NCBI GenBank assembly: GCA_015680685.1
Contig: MNCI01000542.1
Span: 499,889-563,888, forward strand
Origin: Gnetum montanum
Taxonomy: Eukaryota; Plantae; Gnetophyta
Length of the DNA stretch: 64,000 nucleotides
Reading direction: 5' to 3'
The notes beneath the pieces are model-generated. The model was not told where the DNA came from and searched no databases. It worked only from the letters and a program-made list of their open reading frames with translations. Shown here one piece after another: positions 13,058-28,000 of the stretch. The position numbers were made by a program, and so were the translations under genes. The stretch's first letter is position 1. The number at the start of each line of letters is the position of its first letter.

Positions 13058-13099
13058 TCACTTGGTTTCTAAACTTGAATACATCTGGTCTATATGCTC
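13058..13099 (-). CDS. LACS1: LACS exon 19 (stop)
   Basis: [13 protein letters not shown]. Confidence 0.9.
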   Translation of the reverse strand, partial: EHIDQMYSSLETK

Positions 13100-16000
13100 C
13101 TGCATGATTAGGAGATTTGTCATGATACATTGGCAAAAAAGATTAAGCTATATAATTAAACAGATTTATTTTAAAACGTAAACCACTTTACCTTGTAGTA
13201 CTTTAGTAACTGCGGTCTCTTCTTCTTGAATGTAGGTGTCAACAAATCCCTTTCTACATCAAAAAGCCTAGGATCGAAGTGTACAGCACTAATTCGCTCG
13301 TATCCATCTAACTGACAAACATAAACAGTGTGGGTACCATCAGAATATATCCAAAGAAACACTGCAAGATTTGCAAAACTCCCTAAAATATGAAGGAACA
13401 TCCAAGAAATCATGTTAATAATTGCACTTCATACATTATGGTTTTTAGCAGCAGTTCTAAACTCTTGCAGGACAACATCTTTTAGTTTGGGGTTTGTCAA
13501 CAGCTGCTTTACATCGCTCCCCAGACCGTTTTGTCTTCCCAGGCGCTCCATCTCTACTTGATTTGGTACAATCACTGCTACTAGATATGGCTTAAAACTA
13601 TTGCCGTATATCCAAATCTGGTAAAACACCAGAATAATCAATCCTTCCGCAAATAAATATGCATTGTCATAGATACATACAAGATGTCATCTTACCATAT
13701 CTACAAAAGAACATTGCTGGTAAATGCTCTCAAGCTTCTCAACAGCTATATATTCCCCTTGTGACAGCTTGAAAATGTTCTTCTTTCTGTCAATTATCCT
13801 TAACGCACCATTTGGCAACATTTCACCAATATCTCCTACAGAAAATGTAATATTTCAATACAAGCAGTTCAATTTGTTTTCCATCAATCTGGTGCATTTC
13901 AGAGTCAAGTATTGTTAGTTATTGCTTCGCAAAATTCAAGTTACAGAAGTCTTGTAACCCAGGTATTGCTCAAACAAAAGTAAACCAACTTGGCATTTCA
14001 ATTCTCATTCTTACCTGTATGAAACCATCCATCCTTGAAAGCTTCCCTTGTAAGGTCATCTCTTTTATAATATCCTGAAAACAACGATTTACCTCTGAAA
14101 CAGAGCTCCCCTCTAGGAGGAGTTGCAAGTGCATCATATCCCATCTCTGGTACTGATTCTAAACGCAATTCTGTCACTGGACTAATAGGTCCTACAGTGC
14201 CCACCATTGAAATCTCATCTGGTAAGGAAAATGCACTGATTGCACATGTTTCTGTCAATCCTGGCATTCAGAGATAGGTTACCTTTGCAATTCCAACTTC
14301 ACACTTAACGTGTACTTTTAGCAATATTACAGGCTAATGAACTTACCGTAACCTTGCAAAACATGTGAACAAGTAGTAACTCTTAAAAATTCTTCTATGG
14401 TGCTGCTCAGAGGTGCTGCACCTGACAGAATAAGACGCACCTTACCACCTAACCTTGCTTTAATCTGAAAACTTACATGTATATTGCATTTGTAAGATGT
14501 CGATATGCAGAATGACTATGAAATGTAATCATAGTACGTTGCAAAGGTTCCCACCCTATTGAATAAAATTGTATCTGCCAAAGGCGATGCCTGTGTGTGT
14601 TTGAAACCTCGTTTTATCCATGCAAGCTTACTGTGATGGACATCACAGAAAATAATAGTCCTTTTTAGTCCGTAAAGAAAATGATGTCCTATATATGCTG
14701 TCATTTCTTACGCATACGGAAACAAGTATTTTACTCACTAATAATATAAAGAGTTAAATAACAATTTTGTGATTCCACTACTCTCTCTGAGCCTCTTCAT
14801 ACCCTCTGTCAAAAAAATATGATAAAATAAGCTAAGTTATAACTCGGAAAAGTTTAAATTGCAGAATAACAAAGAGTTAGCCTTACAAACCACTATAAAT
14901 GCGCTCAAACACTCTGGGCACTCCAGCAAACAATGTTGGTCTTAGTTCCAAAAGGTCCTCTTTTATCAATTCAGGATTCTTTCCACAATTTGTTGCCACA
15001 AGATTGTAAATTTATGAACTCATTATTTAGATATATATGATAGAAATCATAGTGACAGAAAATATAGATCGAATTTACCCCTTGATAGTAGCCAACAGAA
15101 GCTCCTCGATAGAAAAAGAACTCTTCGATGACTCGATCAAATATGTGAGCCAGTGGAAGGAAAGAAAGATAACAGTCATCTTCTGTCATCTGTTATTTTT
15201 TGCAATACATGTGTTGAGAAAAAAAATACTGATATATACATTGTCCAATAGTGAGATTTCCACTAGAAATGGCAGGCTTAAAAAGGAGAGTTAATCATGT
15301 TTACCTTATCTTCAACTTTCTCAAAGACTACCTCAATTCCAGTTATGCAAAAAATGACTGATTCATGAGTCAAAATAACACCCTTGGGCGCTCCCAGTGT
15401 TCCACTTGTGTACATTATGGTCACAATGTCCTGTGGTGTGGGTGGTGAAAGAGACGTGGGGTTCTGTTTTCCCTAAATGAAGCGAGCAAAGACTAATAAA
15501 TCATGCATAGATCGGAAAATGATAATACAAGATAAACGTTCTGAATTGATGACAGGAATGGATTCAACTTGTTCAATTGTACAAAAAATTTTACTTTTTG
15601 ATCTTCCATTCATATATTCATTGCACCTCTGCATAAACCAGTAAGATTGCACTAAAAATCTATGAAACAATTTGTACAACCAACACATCGTTAAGGTAAA
15701 AAATGATTGTGAAGTTCATCTATATAAATTGAAATATTATTTTCCTGAACAATGGTGGTCAATACCACTTGTATCTTGTATGTTATTTTAGGGGGATGTT
15801 AGAATCCTGAAATAATTGTAATATAGATACACCTTAAGATATATAGTAGGGTTAGAATTGTATGACTCAGCATTGCCACCCAGAATCAAACCCATGACTT
15901 GGAGCATTCAAATCAAGAGTCTTACTATGTCATATGTTATTTTAAAAAAATGATATTCAATAGAAAGTTAATCTCTTGAATCATGGGGTTATAAACAAAT

Positions 16001-19000
16001 ATTTTGTAACTAGACAAAAACACTATCCATAACTATTGCAATAAACCCTTTATAAACTAAAAACTTACTGGGTCAGTTTCAAAAGCTATATTGAAATCAT
16101 TAATCACAAACCATGTTACTTTTGCTTTCTTGTTACTATTTTAAGATGAATTTAATTTTTCTTTGTACCATAGAAGCCACTGGCATAGAAACCACAACCT
16201 GTAATATGCAGTTACAAAGCTTTCATAATTTTAAAGGATGTAGCATCAACATTATGTTACTTGGCTTTGGACAGGGAATTTTCTCATCCATCAAGGAATG
16301 AATGTCGAACTATCCTCTCTTCTCTTTAATCAGGTGAGGGAAAGCTTAGATCAATTTTATTAAATTGCTCATTTGGTTCAAACTGATTTCTCAATAAAAC
16401 TTGGTTTTCACTGAAACTGTGGTGATTCGGCCAAGTTATGAGACTAGCAAGGTGGTTCTAGTTTGTAACAGAAAGTTTGGATAGCACTACTACTAAGTAA
16501 TTGGTATGAATTGCAGAGGCGGTTTGATTCTGGAAATTTCTAAGGAAAAGCTACACCTCTGCTCCAGTGTGGCTTGTGATTTTACACAGGTGGCAGAATC
16601 CAGCAAATATTAGAAAGGAATTCAGCTGGAAGAATATTGTTTCTTAGGATATTTTTCTCCATTTTGTGACATAAACTTCAATGTTGACATAGTTCCATGG
16701 CCACTATAGAACCTTGGATGTCCATTCTCATTGTAAAAGAAGACAATATATGCTAATTTTCTTTTTGCATGTTCGAAATATAATAATTACATTTAATGGA
16801 AATCTTCCATGTTCCAATAATGCTAAAATCTCCATTATGTTGTGGTAGAAACGAGGCCCCAACTATACAGTCCATTAAGCACTCACACTATGAAGGATAC
16901 TCAACTCAAACCTTAAACCAGCGAGAAAACAATTAAGGTGTTAACTACCCAAAGACACAAGTCCATGTTCTTTGATCTCTAATCACAAGAAATTTCTGGA
17001 TGTAATCAAAATCTAAATTTCGATTTTATTGAAGCCTCCTTTTATCTGTTCAAACAACAATGTACAGACATTTTGTGATTGCATTTTCTATATAAATTAT
17101 AATGGTATAATGAAAATTTTCCGTGTTCCAATAATGCTAAAATCTACATTATGTTGTAGTAAAAACCAGACCCCAGGCATAGAGTTAATTAATTACTCAC
17201 ACTATACATGGTACTTGGACTTGAACCATAAACCAGTAAAGCAACACTATAAGCTGTTAACAACTAGGCCAAGGACCTAAGTCCATGTTTCTTGCTTGAC
17301 CTCTAACCACAAGAAGTTTCTGGATGTTAATAAAAGCTTCCTGTTATCTTTTCAAACAACATTGTGCTGAAATTTTATGGTCACATTTTGTATATAATTT
17401 ATTACAATGGAATTATCTTTCTACTTGGTGTAGGGACACCTCATCCAAGCCCTTTTTGTTATCCCTACTGGCGAAAGAATAAAGGTTTTGGGCACAGCTA
17501 GGAGATGTCCAACACACTCAAGAGACATCTCGCTCAGGACCAGGGCATTGACCGGAGACATCTTTGACTCCAAGAAGACATCTTGCCTGAGAGCTGGAGC
17601 TGGACAGAAGACATCTTGTCTTTATGAGAGACATCTCATCAAGGAAGGAGATGTCTCTAGGGGGACATCTTGCCTACATGATGAATTTGCTTAAGAGACA
17701 TCTTCTCAGACCTGTATATGTCTTTTTCATGATGGAAGCTTTCCAAGATGGTTTGTTAGAGGGGGAAAACAACCAGGGATCTCTGAGTTTGGTTTGGGAA
17801 AGGTTTCTCTAATGTGTTAGCTTTGTACTTGATAAATTAGGTTTGTGTTGCATGTTCTTGTGAAGAGTGTTGAAGGAGAGATTGCACGAGTGTTTGTGTG
17901 CATCTCAATGGTCAACTAAATATGTGTGGGTTTTGGCCATTGTGTGGGATCTTGGTCCTGTGTGTGAGAGAAGAGATCCAGATTGACTATACCTTGCATT
18001 GAGATGGATCATGTGTGATTGTAGAGTCTCCTACTTTCTAATATTGTTGAGTGTGTTGTGTGTTCTGTGGGATTGTAGTTCCATTGTATTTTGTAATCTT
18101 CTTTCATAATTAATAGAAGATAGCTAATTTTCTTGTTTTATAGCAAATAAATTGTCTTGTGTGTGATCTAGATTGTGTGTTTTCAAGGGTTATTCACATC
18201 AGAGTGACCTTACTCTAGGATTGGTATCAGAGTAAAGAATTTTTTGGAATTTGGTTGTGGATATTTGTACCTATTTCAAATGGCTCCTAAAAAAAAGATA
18301 ATTACCTAGAGCTACAGTGCTCATCCTACTAAGCAAGGACCTCAAAGGTTTGGTATATGAGCGAAAGCCTAACCTCATCAAGTGGCTGCAACCAAGCTTG
18401 AACCCAAACCTTCAACTTAAGAAACGAGCACCGCCTCATCACTCCAAATGGTGGTCCCTTATTTTAAATGGCTCCTAAGAATAAGAATGTTCAAGCCTTG
18501 AATAGAGAGGTGAAGAGCATGAAATCTACTTTTCAACTGATGGCTGATCAACTGGATGAAATTAGTACTAAGGTGAATAAAAATGTAGGTCTTAGTCGTA
18601 TTCCAACTCATGGTGATGATGACCACGACCATTCAAATGAAGATAAATTAGTTTCTCAGCTTGATGGAGGGAGAGAAGATGAAGCAGGAGAGCATTCCAG
18701 TTATGGGAGTGTTAGATCTCATGACCGAAGGATTCTAGGAGGAAGGAATCCAAGTCCTCATGTTAGAGGACCAAGAGGTCCATCATGGACATCTTTTTCA
18801 CATGGCAAGCTTGATGATAAAGATGAAGCAAAACTTGCCAGCGCTTTCAGAAATGCTGCAAGACTTCCTTATATAGAGTTAAAGACTTTCAATAATGTAG
18901 ATGGCACCAATGTTTTTGCAAGTTGGCTGAAAGTATGTGATAAGCAATTTGAGTTTGAGGAGGCACCAAATCATATGAGAGCACCTATTGTTGAATCCAG

Positions 19001-22000
19001 ATTAGAAAGTATGACTTTAATTAGTGGAAAAAAGAATCTCAAGCCTATGTGAGGCAAAATGGGCAACCTATCAAGGATTGGTCCTTGATGAAGTATATAT
19101 TGGAATGAAAACTTGAACAATCTAGGAAGAGGCAAGAGATAATTATGAAGCTCAAATTCCTTAGACAAGGAGATGGGTGTTAAGGAATCCTATATTTAAT
19201 TTTGTGATATTTTCCATTGAGCTAAGGTTAATTGAAAGGAATAAGAACAAGCTTCAATCTTTCTTGGAGGTCTCAAGATGGCTTATTAGTAAAAGTTGAC
19301 ATTTTATGAGCCTCAAACCCTAGGTGAGGCTTATGATTTGGCACACAAAGCAAAAACTCAATGGATTTGGGAGTAGGAGCAAACAAGCTTCAAAGGGAAG
19401 GATAAGGGATCCATCTAACAACCCATATTTTTGGTGTCTTTGGTACATATGATCTTTTCAGAGTTTGTGATGCTTATATTCATATGCACTCTATGCCTAT
19501 TTAGGTTTAGTATATTTTTATGGTTTTGGCTAGAGGCTTATGTTGATGTTGAGCTTTGAAACACATTGATGCTTGGATGTTATTATGTATCTTTTAATAT
19601 TTAATTATATGTATATTTTTATTACCATCTAGCAAATATGCACTAACCCTGTTGTTGAGTGTGGAAGGATCTCATGAGGATTGGTTGAGAGCTAGGCATG
19701 GCATGTGATTTATGGTTTGTTTAATTATTTTCATTGAGTACATGTTGTGGTCCTAGTGGTTATGTGGTTAAGTACATGTTTGTTTAGATTAGTTTTATTT
19801 TATTTTTATGAGATGAGGTTTGGATATATTTTTATTATTGTGGATTTTATGGTTGTTTCTCTTTTAATTGTTTTGGCATGTGTAGGAGTTACATGAGTGA
19901 TATAAGAAGTTATGTTTTTGATGGATAGGATTTTTAGTATTATTCTTTTTGTTGTGTTGGATTGGTCAATTTTTGTTTTCTCCATCCCATGGGTTCTCTT
20001 GGTCAATCTCCATTAAAAGTTCCATGAATCATTCTTTCAACACACTTTGATGATTCAAGAAAGGTGTTGTGGGAGATTAAAGCTGTGAAGGTGCTAATCG
20101 ATTACAGATCAATTGTGTAGCTTGCTTGGATCTTTACAGTTTTCTCTTCTCTCTCGTAGTTTTCATCATTTAGATTTAGAGTTGAGTTATACTAGTTTCT
20201 TCCCCATTTACGATTACAGGTTTTTGTGCACATTTGTGGAATAGGTATTGTTTATTTTTCCGTATGATTTTGATGCTATTTGTAGGCCAATGGGTTTTGT
20301 TTGAACATTTAGAATGTTGTTTTGATGGATTTTTGTGTGCATAATTGATGGTATTATTCTATTGTTTTTCCATCAATTTCAAGTGTGGATTTTGTAAGAA
20401 TCATTGTAACAATTTGTATGAGATTGGGTTTTTCTGTTCATGAGCTCGATTGTTTGCAATTTTTTTTTTAGAAAATGATCAAGCAATTTTATTCCAAAAA
20501 AATAATGTACAAATGTACATAAAATATCATCAACCAGAGTTGGCAAATCCCATCCATGTGACCAATGGTCATCCATACCATATCACAAAATAACCCACGC
20601 GCTAACACAATGTTGTCCTCTCACCTTGCCCAATAACCCTCATCCCAGATATGCAATCCTTGTTTCCCAGAGCAGGGTACAAACACATGCACCCTAGACT
20701 ACCCAAGATCGCAGCACTACCTAACCATGTCTATCCCCAAACTACTACGCCTTACGATCTCAACGAACCGCAATATGGATCCCCTACTCTCAACCACAAC
20801 TGAGGCCTCTAAGACATTAGAGCCAGCCGCAATCTGCTGCCTAATCGACCTATGCCCAAGCATCATTCTTTACTGATTCTCTGCTTTGAGCTGCTCAAGT
20901 CCCATCTAGTGCTCTAAAAACATCACCTCCCTGTACCTAAGGTCCTGCAGGTGTGATTCATTCACTTCTTTCCAAGCCTCCTACTGCATGTCCTCCCATC
21001 TAAGCTACCACAATGCCCGTTCCTCCAACCTCGCCTACTCAACTACTAAGCGGTGCTCTTCCAGCAACCGTTCCTCCATGCCAGGGGATGTTTGTGCTCC
21101 CACGCCCTCCGTCTTAGTGCCCTGGTGTTGCAACACCTGCTCCCTGGCAATCATCCCTTGACACCGCCTTCTTTGGTACACAATCATTGGCGCTTGGTGT
21201 ATGATTGGTACACCCCCGTGCCAACGTGCCAAAATAACTCCAAGATGTCTCCCCAAGCTCCTCCTACACAGAGAGTCCAAGAAAAAGTGGGGTAGGTTCA
21301 CCGGTGAGCCTTGTCCAAGGTGCTTGAGGAAAGTGAAATGTACCCCCACCAGTTTGTGGGGGTACCCTGATTGCACAAAATACCTCTCCACCAGGAGGGC
21401 TGCATCTCTCTAGACCCCTTGCAACCCGAACTTCTAGATGTGCTCGCTAGCGGTCCTAGGAATGTGTCTGGTGAAGAATCCCCTTGCATCATCCTAGGCC
21501 CTCATGATCGGTGCCACAACTGCCCCTGTGTCCTCCTCCCCTAGTGCAGCAACCAGCATTTGCACCATAATTTGAATCCTCCTACCCCTCCACTGTGTGG
21601 TGTCTCCCACCTAGTTGTTGTAGAATTGCTGAGTAGGCAAGTTCGACTCTCCCTCCATGCACTTGAGCGTCTCCACCCACCCCATCCGTTCCACCAGCGC
21701 CCATAATTCGGGCAATCTAGAGAATTCTATTCATGATGGTTCAAACAGTAGGCATTGCTCCATGAGCTCAGTTGTTTGCAATTAAATGATAGTATTGTGG
21801 TGATTTTTCTTATGCAGACATTATCTGAATCCTAGGAACAGAGATGTGGTTTGGTTTCCTAATGATCGGTTTTGGAATTTTTGGGTATTTTTTCCTTTCA
21901 TCTTGATGTTTTGCTCATATTTGTTTTTCCCCTGTGATGATCTTGTCATACTCAATGTGATTTATGGTATGTATATCGATCTTGTAAAACTCCTATTTCC

Positions 22001-25000
22001 ATTGTCATACTATGATCCTAGCATATAGAATCAATCTTATATTGAGCTTTTCCCAGCCTTGTCAATTTCAATTTCTCTCTTATTGATTCAATTTTGGATT
22101 TTTTCTTATTCCTTGTTAGTTCTTGTTCTTGAGCTATTGAGCTCTTACTTGTCATTTCCCTACCCATTCTCATTATTTTGAAGTTTTCTTCGTTGTTTTC
22201 CAATTTTTCCTACTATTTGAGATGTCTCTACCCTCTACCAAACATCCCATCCACAAGCTAGACACTCAGGCAAGACGCCTCTAGTTAGCCTAAGATGTCT
22301 CATCTTAGTCTAAGACATCTCCTCATTTCTTGAGATGTCCCACTTGAGATGTCTCAACCAAAACCAAGACATCTCAATCTTAGCCAAGACGTTTCACCTA
22401 CGACATCTCCAATTTTTCCTAGACATCTCCTAGAGATTCCAAATGTCTCACCTCTACATGATACATCTCATCCAATACATCTCTTGATTTCCAAGATGTC
22501 TCTCCTACAAGCCCAGCTTTGCCAAAATTTGGATTTTGTGGAAATTTGATGCCTTGGTCTAGCTTGAAATTGGATTTCCTAGGTCTCTAATCTCTCCAAA
22601 ACTTGTTGAATCATCCTCACTTGTTGAATTGACATTGCTTCCCTTGGATCTTTAAGTTTTGGTCACTTTTCCTTTGGCTTGGATTATTGTGATTGGCTTG
22701 AATCTTGGTTGATTGTGGTCATGTCACTTTGATCAATTTGGATCTCCATCTTAAACATTATGATGTTTCCATGTCTTGGCACAAGCTTCCTACCTTGTCA
22801 ATCTTGATAATTTTTTTCATTGAGTTTGGAGTTTGTCATTCTATCTGATTCTTTGATTAACTCATAGCATGAATGTTGACCCATATACGATTCTTGGTTG
22901 TTGGTAACTCCAATCTTTCCATTCTTGTGACATGACACTATCAATTTATTGGAGGTTATGTTCATGTTCTCTCCTTGGACTTTGTTAGCATCTTGGCAAG
23001 TGGTTGAGTTATGTGAGATCTCTTGGATGTTGGATTTGGGTCCTTATGCTGCTGGATTTCTGTGTGATTGGATTTGGCATGTGGGTGTTATGTGATTCCT
23101 TAGATTGGTATCCTTGTAAGGATCCTTGGGATTGTTGGATCTCTTAATGTAATGGGCTCTTTTGTCCTACTGTTGTGCCTTCTACCATCAGTTTGGATGC
23201 CATGGTTGTTGTTTGCTGATTATTTGAATGTTGGGGTTAGCACTCAGTGTGTGTGGCCAGTTGGAGATGGGCTCCCCAGAGATGGTTTTGTAATTGACCC
23301 CCACTAGGATGCATCAATGTGGCTTCCGCAAGAGGCCCCATTCTACGTGAAAGGGTGATTCCATGGCGTATTGGTCCCTTGTGTTGTTTTGTAGAACATT
23401 AGAGGTGATGTCTTGAGTGACTCGTCTAGCATTGATATGTTGGGGAACATTGGAAGTGATGCCTTGGGTAACACTTTACATCCTATTGAAACTAATAATA
23501 AATCCAAGCACTTAGTAATTTGATTTTGATATGGATACATTTTGGCTTATGGCAAGTGCACATGACACATGTATGACACTAAGAGCGGTGTGTGCTAGGC
23601 TCCTTGTTTGTGGTAACATTTGGAGTGGGAAAATCTTGGTTTTTGGTAATGTATGTTGGATGGATATTTGGTTGTTCATTTGTATACTTGTTTGTATGTT
23701 TGAGCTAACATATTTTACAGGTCAGCCATGCTCCTCCTAACTCTCATGAGATTTGTCCATTCGATGATTGGAGATGTTGCGAAAGTTTCTCACTCAATTT
23801 TATACTAATAACCCATTTTATTTTCAAGTTAATCGGTTGGGAGGAGATGGGAGCTCTTGGAGGATTTGATATGATAATATGAGATTGATGATATCATGTG
23901 TTCAGCTTAGGCTTTGGCTACTTTATATATTTGACATTTCATCTTTTATGGTAGACATTGTACCTCTTATTTTCAACTTACAGATATACAGATATTTGTA
24001 TGGTTAGACCTTTTATATCATGCTAGTTTATAATTATGTTATGGCGTTTACGCTAGGTTCCTTTGTTTCCTTTTACTATGAAGTTGCTCGTTTCCTTGGT
24101 CCTTTGCATTAAGGGTTTTACTTGACGTAATGCTCTCCAACCTAAGGTCTAGAAAGGGGTGTTACAATCCAAAGAAAGGATCCAATTCAAAATCCAAAGA
24201 CAAAGAGGGTAGCCATGATAATAAGCAAGAGAAAAGTGATGAGAAAGGCAAGACTAAGAAGGACCAAGGCAAAAAAGGAAAGGGTTAAGGTAGCAATTCA
24301 TCCAAACTTCAATGCTTCAAAAGTGGAGAGTGGGTCACAAACAATGGGAATGTCCACTTCACAAAATAGCTAAAGGCAAGGATATACAAACCTGAGAGAC
24401 GAAGCAGTCATCAAGCCAAGCTCTTCAAAGAGCTCATCCCAAGGCTCCCAAAATTAAGGAAGCTTCTAAATTGAATTTTTATGCATTTATGGGGAATGTG
24501 AATTTTTATGCATTTAGAGGGGATCAATTTGCAAGAAAATAGTTGTTTAGGATTGGGGATAGACGTTTGATTAGTTGGGAATGGATTCATATTTTGATTG
24601 ATAGCGGAGCCTAAGAAAATGTTATTTCTTCTAAAGTAATTACTAAGTTGGGTTTATTTCTTCTAGACCCTACAACGTGCATTCATTGTCCAAAGATTTC
24701 TCTCAAGAGGTGAAAGAACAATGTGTTTTGAAGTTCAAGATTGGGAGTTATCATGATGTGGTGACATGTGATGTGTTGCCAATTTATTGTGTTGATGTAA
24801 TTCTTAGAAGGCCTTGGAATTTTGATAATGGTGCTCAATTTGATGGGGTAAGAAATGTGTAGTGTGGCAGGAGAAGATGGAATTCATGAATTGATTTCTA
24901 TGACTATTGAACAAGTGAGGCAATCAACCTCACTTAATGCTTCCTTAATTCTTCGTGGGGATAGAGAATATATTACAGAACATGATGAGACAAATTTTGG

Positions 25001-28000
25001 ATTTATAATTGCATTAACTGTTGCTGCTAACAGTGATGTTATGCAAGTAGAACCTTCAACTGGTGTACTAGGCTTGAAAAAGCAATTTTCCGATGTGTTT
25101 AAAGGGGAATTGGATAGACTACGACTAATGAGGAATGTTCAAAACCAAATTGACTTCATTTCTAGTGCTAACACTCAAAATGAGAGAGCATAACAAATGG
25201 CCCCGAATTAAAGGATTGAATTGCAAAGGCAAGTAGAGGAGATACTTGCAAATGGCTTTGTGAGGGAATTAATCTCTCCTTGTGCAGTTCCAGCAATACG
25301 TGTGCTAACAAAGGACAATGATGAATGGAAGATGTGCATTGATTCAAGGGGTATGAACAGAATAACAGTGAGGTACAAGTTCCCTATTCCAAGGATGAAT
25401 GATATCCTTGATGTCCTTACCAATGCAGAATTTTTCAACACAATTGATTTGAAGAGTGGATACTATCAAATTCGGATCAAGCCTAGAGATGAATAGACAC
25501 AAGATGGATTGTTTAAGTGATTAGTAATGCCATTTGGGCTCACAAATGCTCCTACTACATTCATAAGGTTGATGCATGATGTTCGCAAGCATTTGATTGG
25601 TAAGTATTGTAGTGTCTTCTTTAATGATATTTTGGTGTACAATTCCACTGAGGAGTAGCACTTAGAGCTTTTGAGGAGTGTCTCAAAGGCACATTTAGTT
25701 GTAAACATGAAGAAGAGTCATTTCTTCAAAAAGGAGATCACATACTTGGGATATGTAATTTCTAAAAATCAAATTCAAATAGAAGCTACCAAGATGAAGG
25801 CTATTAAAGATCAACCAACTTCTAGAGATGTTGGGAAGGTAAGATCATTTCTTGGTTTAGCAAGTTTTTATAAAAGGTTTACCAAAAATTTCAATGGTAT
25901 ATCATGACCTATGTTTGCTTTGCTTAAGAAAAATCATAAATTTAAGTGGGGTGATGAAACCCAACAGAGCTTTGACTTGTTGAAGAAAAAAGTGAACCAT
26001 TGCTTGCAATGCCAAATTTCTGGAAGCTTTTTCAACTAGAGGTGAATGCAAGTGAACTTGCCATTGGAAGGGTACTTTCACAAAAAGGAAGACTTGTTGC
26101 TTTCTTTTCAAAAAAACTAAATGAATCAAGGCAGAAATATAGCGCATATGAAAGGGAACTGTAAGCTATTCTTCAAGCAATCAATCATTGAAGGCATTAT
26201 TTGTTTCCCAAGGAGTTCACTTTGATAACCGACCACAAAGCACTTTAGTTTCTTAATTCACAAAAGAAGTTGAGTGGTGAACATATTAAGTGGGTGGCAC
26301 AATCGTAGGAGTTCAATTTTGTTCTCAAGCATAAGAGTGGGAAAGCCAGTGCAATGGCTAGCATTGTCTGGAGTGCATGTGGTGAATTTCAACATTCCTC
26401 ATGTGGAAGGCATGACTGATTTTTCTGATTTGTATGAACATGATTCAGATTTTGGGCAGGTGTGGAGACGCCTCAAAGAACCTTTGTTAACTAGAGTAGA
26501 CCAATGGAGAGACTATCACATTCAAAATAAACTGTTTTTCAAAAATGAGAAGGCTTGTGTTCCCAATTGTGATTTTAAAAGAAACATTTTGGTTGAAAAA
26601 CATTATGGTGGAATGGCAAGTCACATAGGCAGAGATAAGACATTGCAACTTGTGGGCATGCACTATTTTTGGACTGGAATGGCTTCTAAAGTCTCCAAAT
26701 TTGTGAAGAAGTATTTGATGCGACAGAAATTCAAGAGAGGTAAAGAGGTTGATGGATATTATATGCCTTTGCCAATGCCAATTCCCAACGGACCTTGGGA
26801 AAGTGTGTCAATGGATTTTGTGAGTTGAATTCCAAAGACCAAAAATAGGAATGATGCTATCTTTGTCATAGTGGACAGATTCTCCAAGATGATACACTTC
26901 ATTCTGTGCAAGAAGGTGAGTGATGCATCTCATATTACAAATTTGTTTTCCAACATGTTGTAAGGTTGGATAGGATTCTTTTGAATATTGTTAGTGACAA
27001 AGATTGCAAGGTTAATAGTCAATTTTGGAGGTCCCATTGGAAAGATTTTAAGGACAAAATTGAATTTTTCTAGTACATATCATCCATAGTCTGATGGGCA
27101 CACTAAGGTATCTTTACTAAATATTTTGAGATGTTTGTATATAGGATAACCCAATAGGTGCGAGAACTTGTTGTGGCATGCTAAGTTGTCCTACAATAAT
27201 GTTTTTTATGTTGCTATTGAGAAGAGCTTGTTTGAGGCTAATTATGATTTTTTGTCCTAAGATGGTGGATAATGTGAAAAGCTTTAATGGGGAGGCTCAG
27301 TTGAGTGTAGATTTTGTGAAGGAGATGACAAATCTTCATGCTCAATTGAGAGAAAATCTAGAGAAGAAGGCTGAAGAGAGAGTCCAAAAGAGGAATGAAG
27401 GCAAGAGAAAACCTAAATTCACTCTTGATGATCTTGTGTGGGTGCACTTGAAGAAAAAGAGGTTGGATATCAACTTCTCAAAATTGAAGACCAAAAAATG
27501 GGTCCTTTCAAGGTAAAAGCTAAAATCAATGACATTGCCTTTGAAATTGACTTACCAAATGATGTGGGTATATCTTTTGTTTTTAATTTTGCAGATCTTG
27601 TGCATTACCATGGACCAACAAATGATGAAACTTTGAGGAACTTTATCAATGAGTTGAAGGAGGCTATTGACAAGTCCAAGCCTTCACAGGAGAGAAAGAT
27701 AATCATGCTCAAGAAAAAAGAAGTTTCTAGCACTCATTGAGTGAAGAGGCATGAGTACTTGGTCCATTGAAAGGATCAAACTAATGATGATGTTGTATGG
27801 ATCCATGAGATGAAACTTGCTTGAGTGGGGAACCACTTCCACCCCTACTCCATTGTTCACCTGAGTTCATTTTTTGAAGGGTGGGAGAGCTAGTGTGGTG
27901 ACAACTCTTCCAAGCCCTTTTTTCCATCCCTACCACAAAAGAATGAAAGTTTAGGATAGCTAGGAGATGTCCTAGACACCCAAGAGACATCTTGCCTGAG

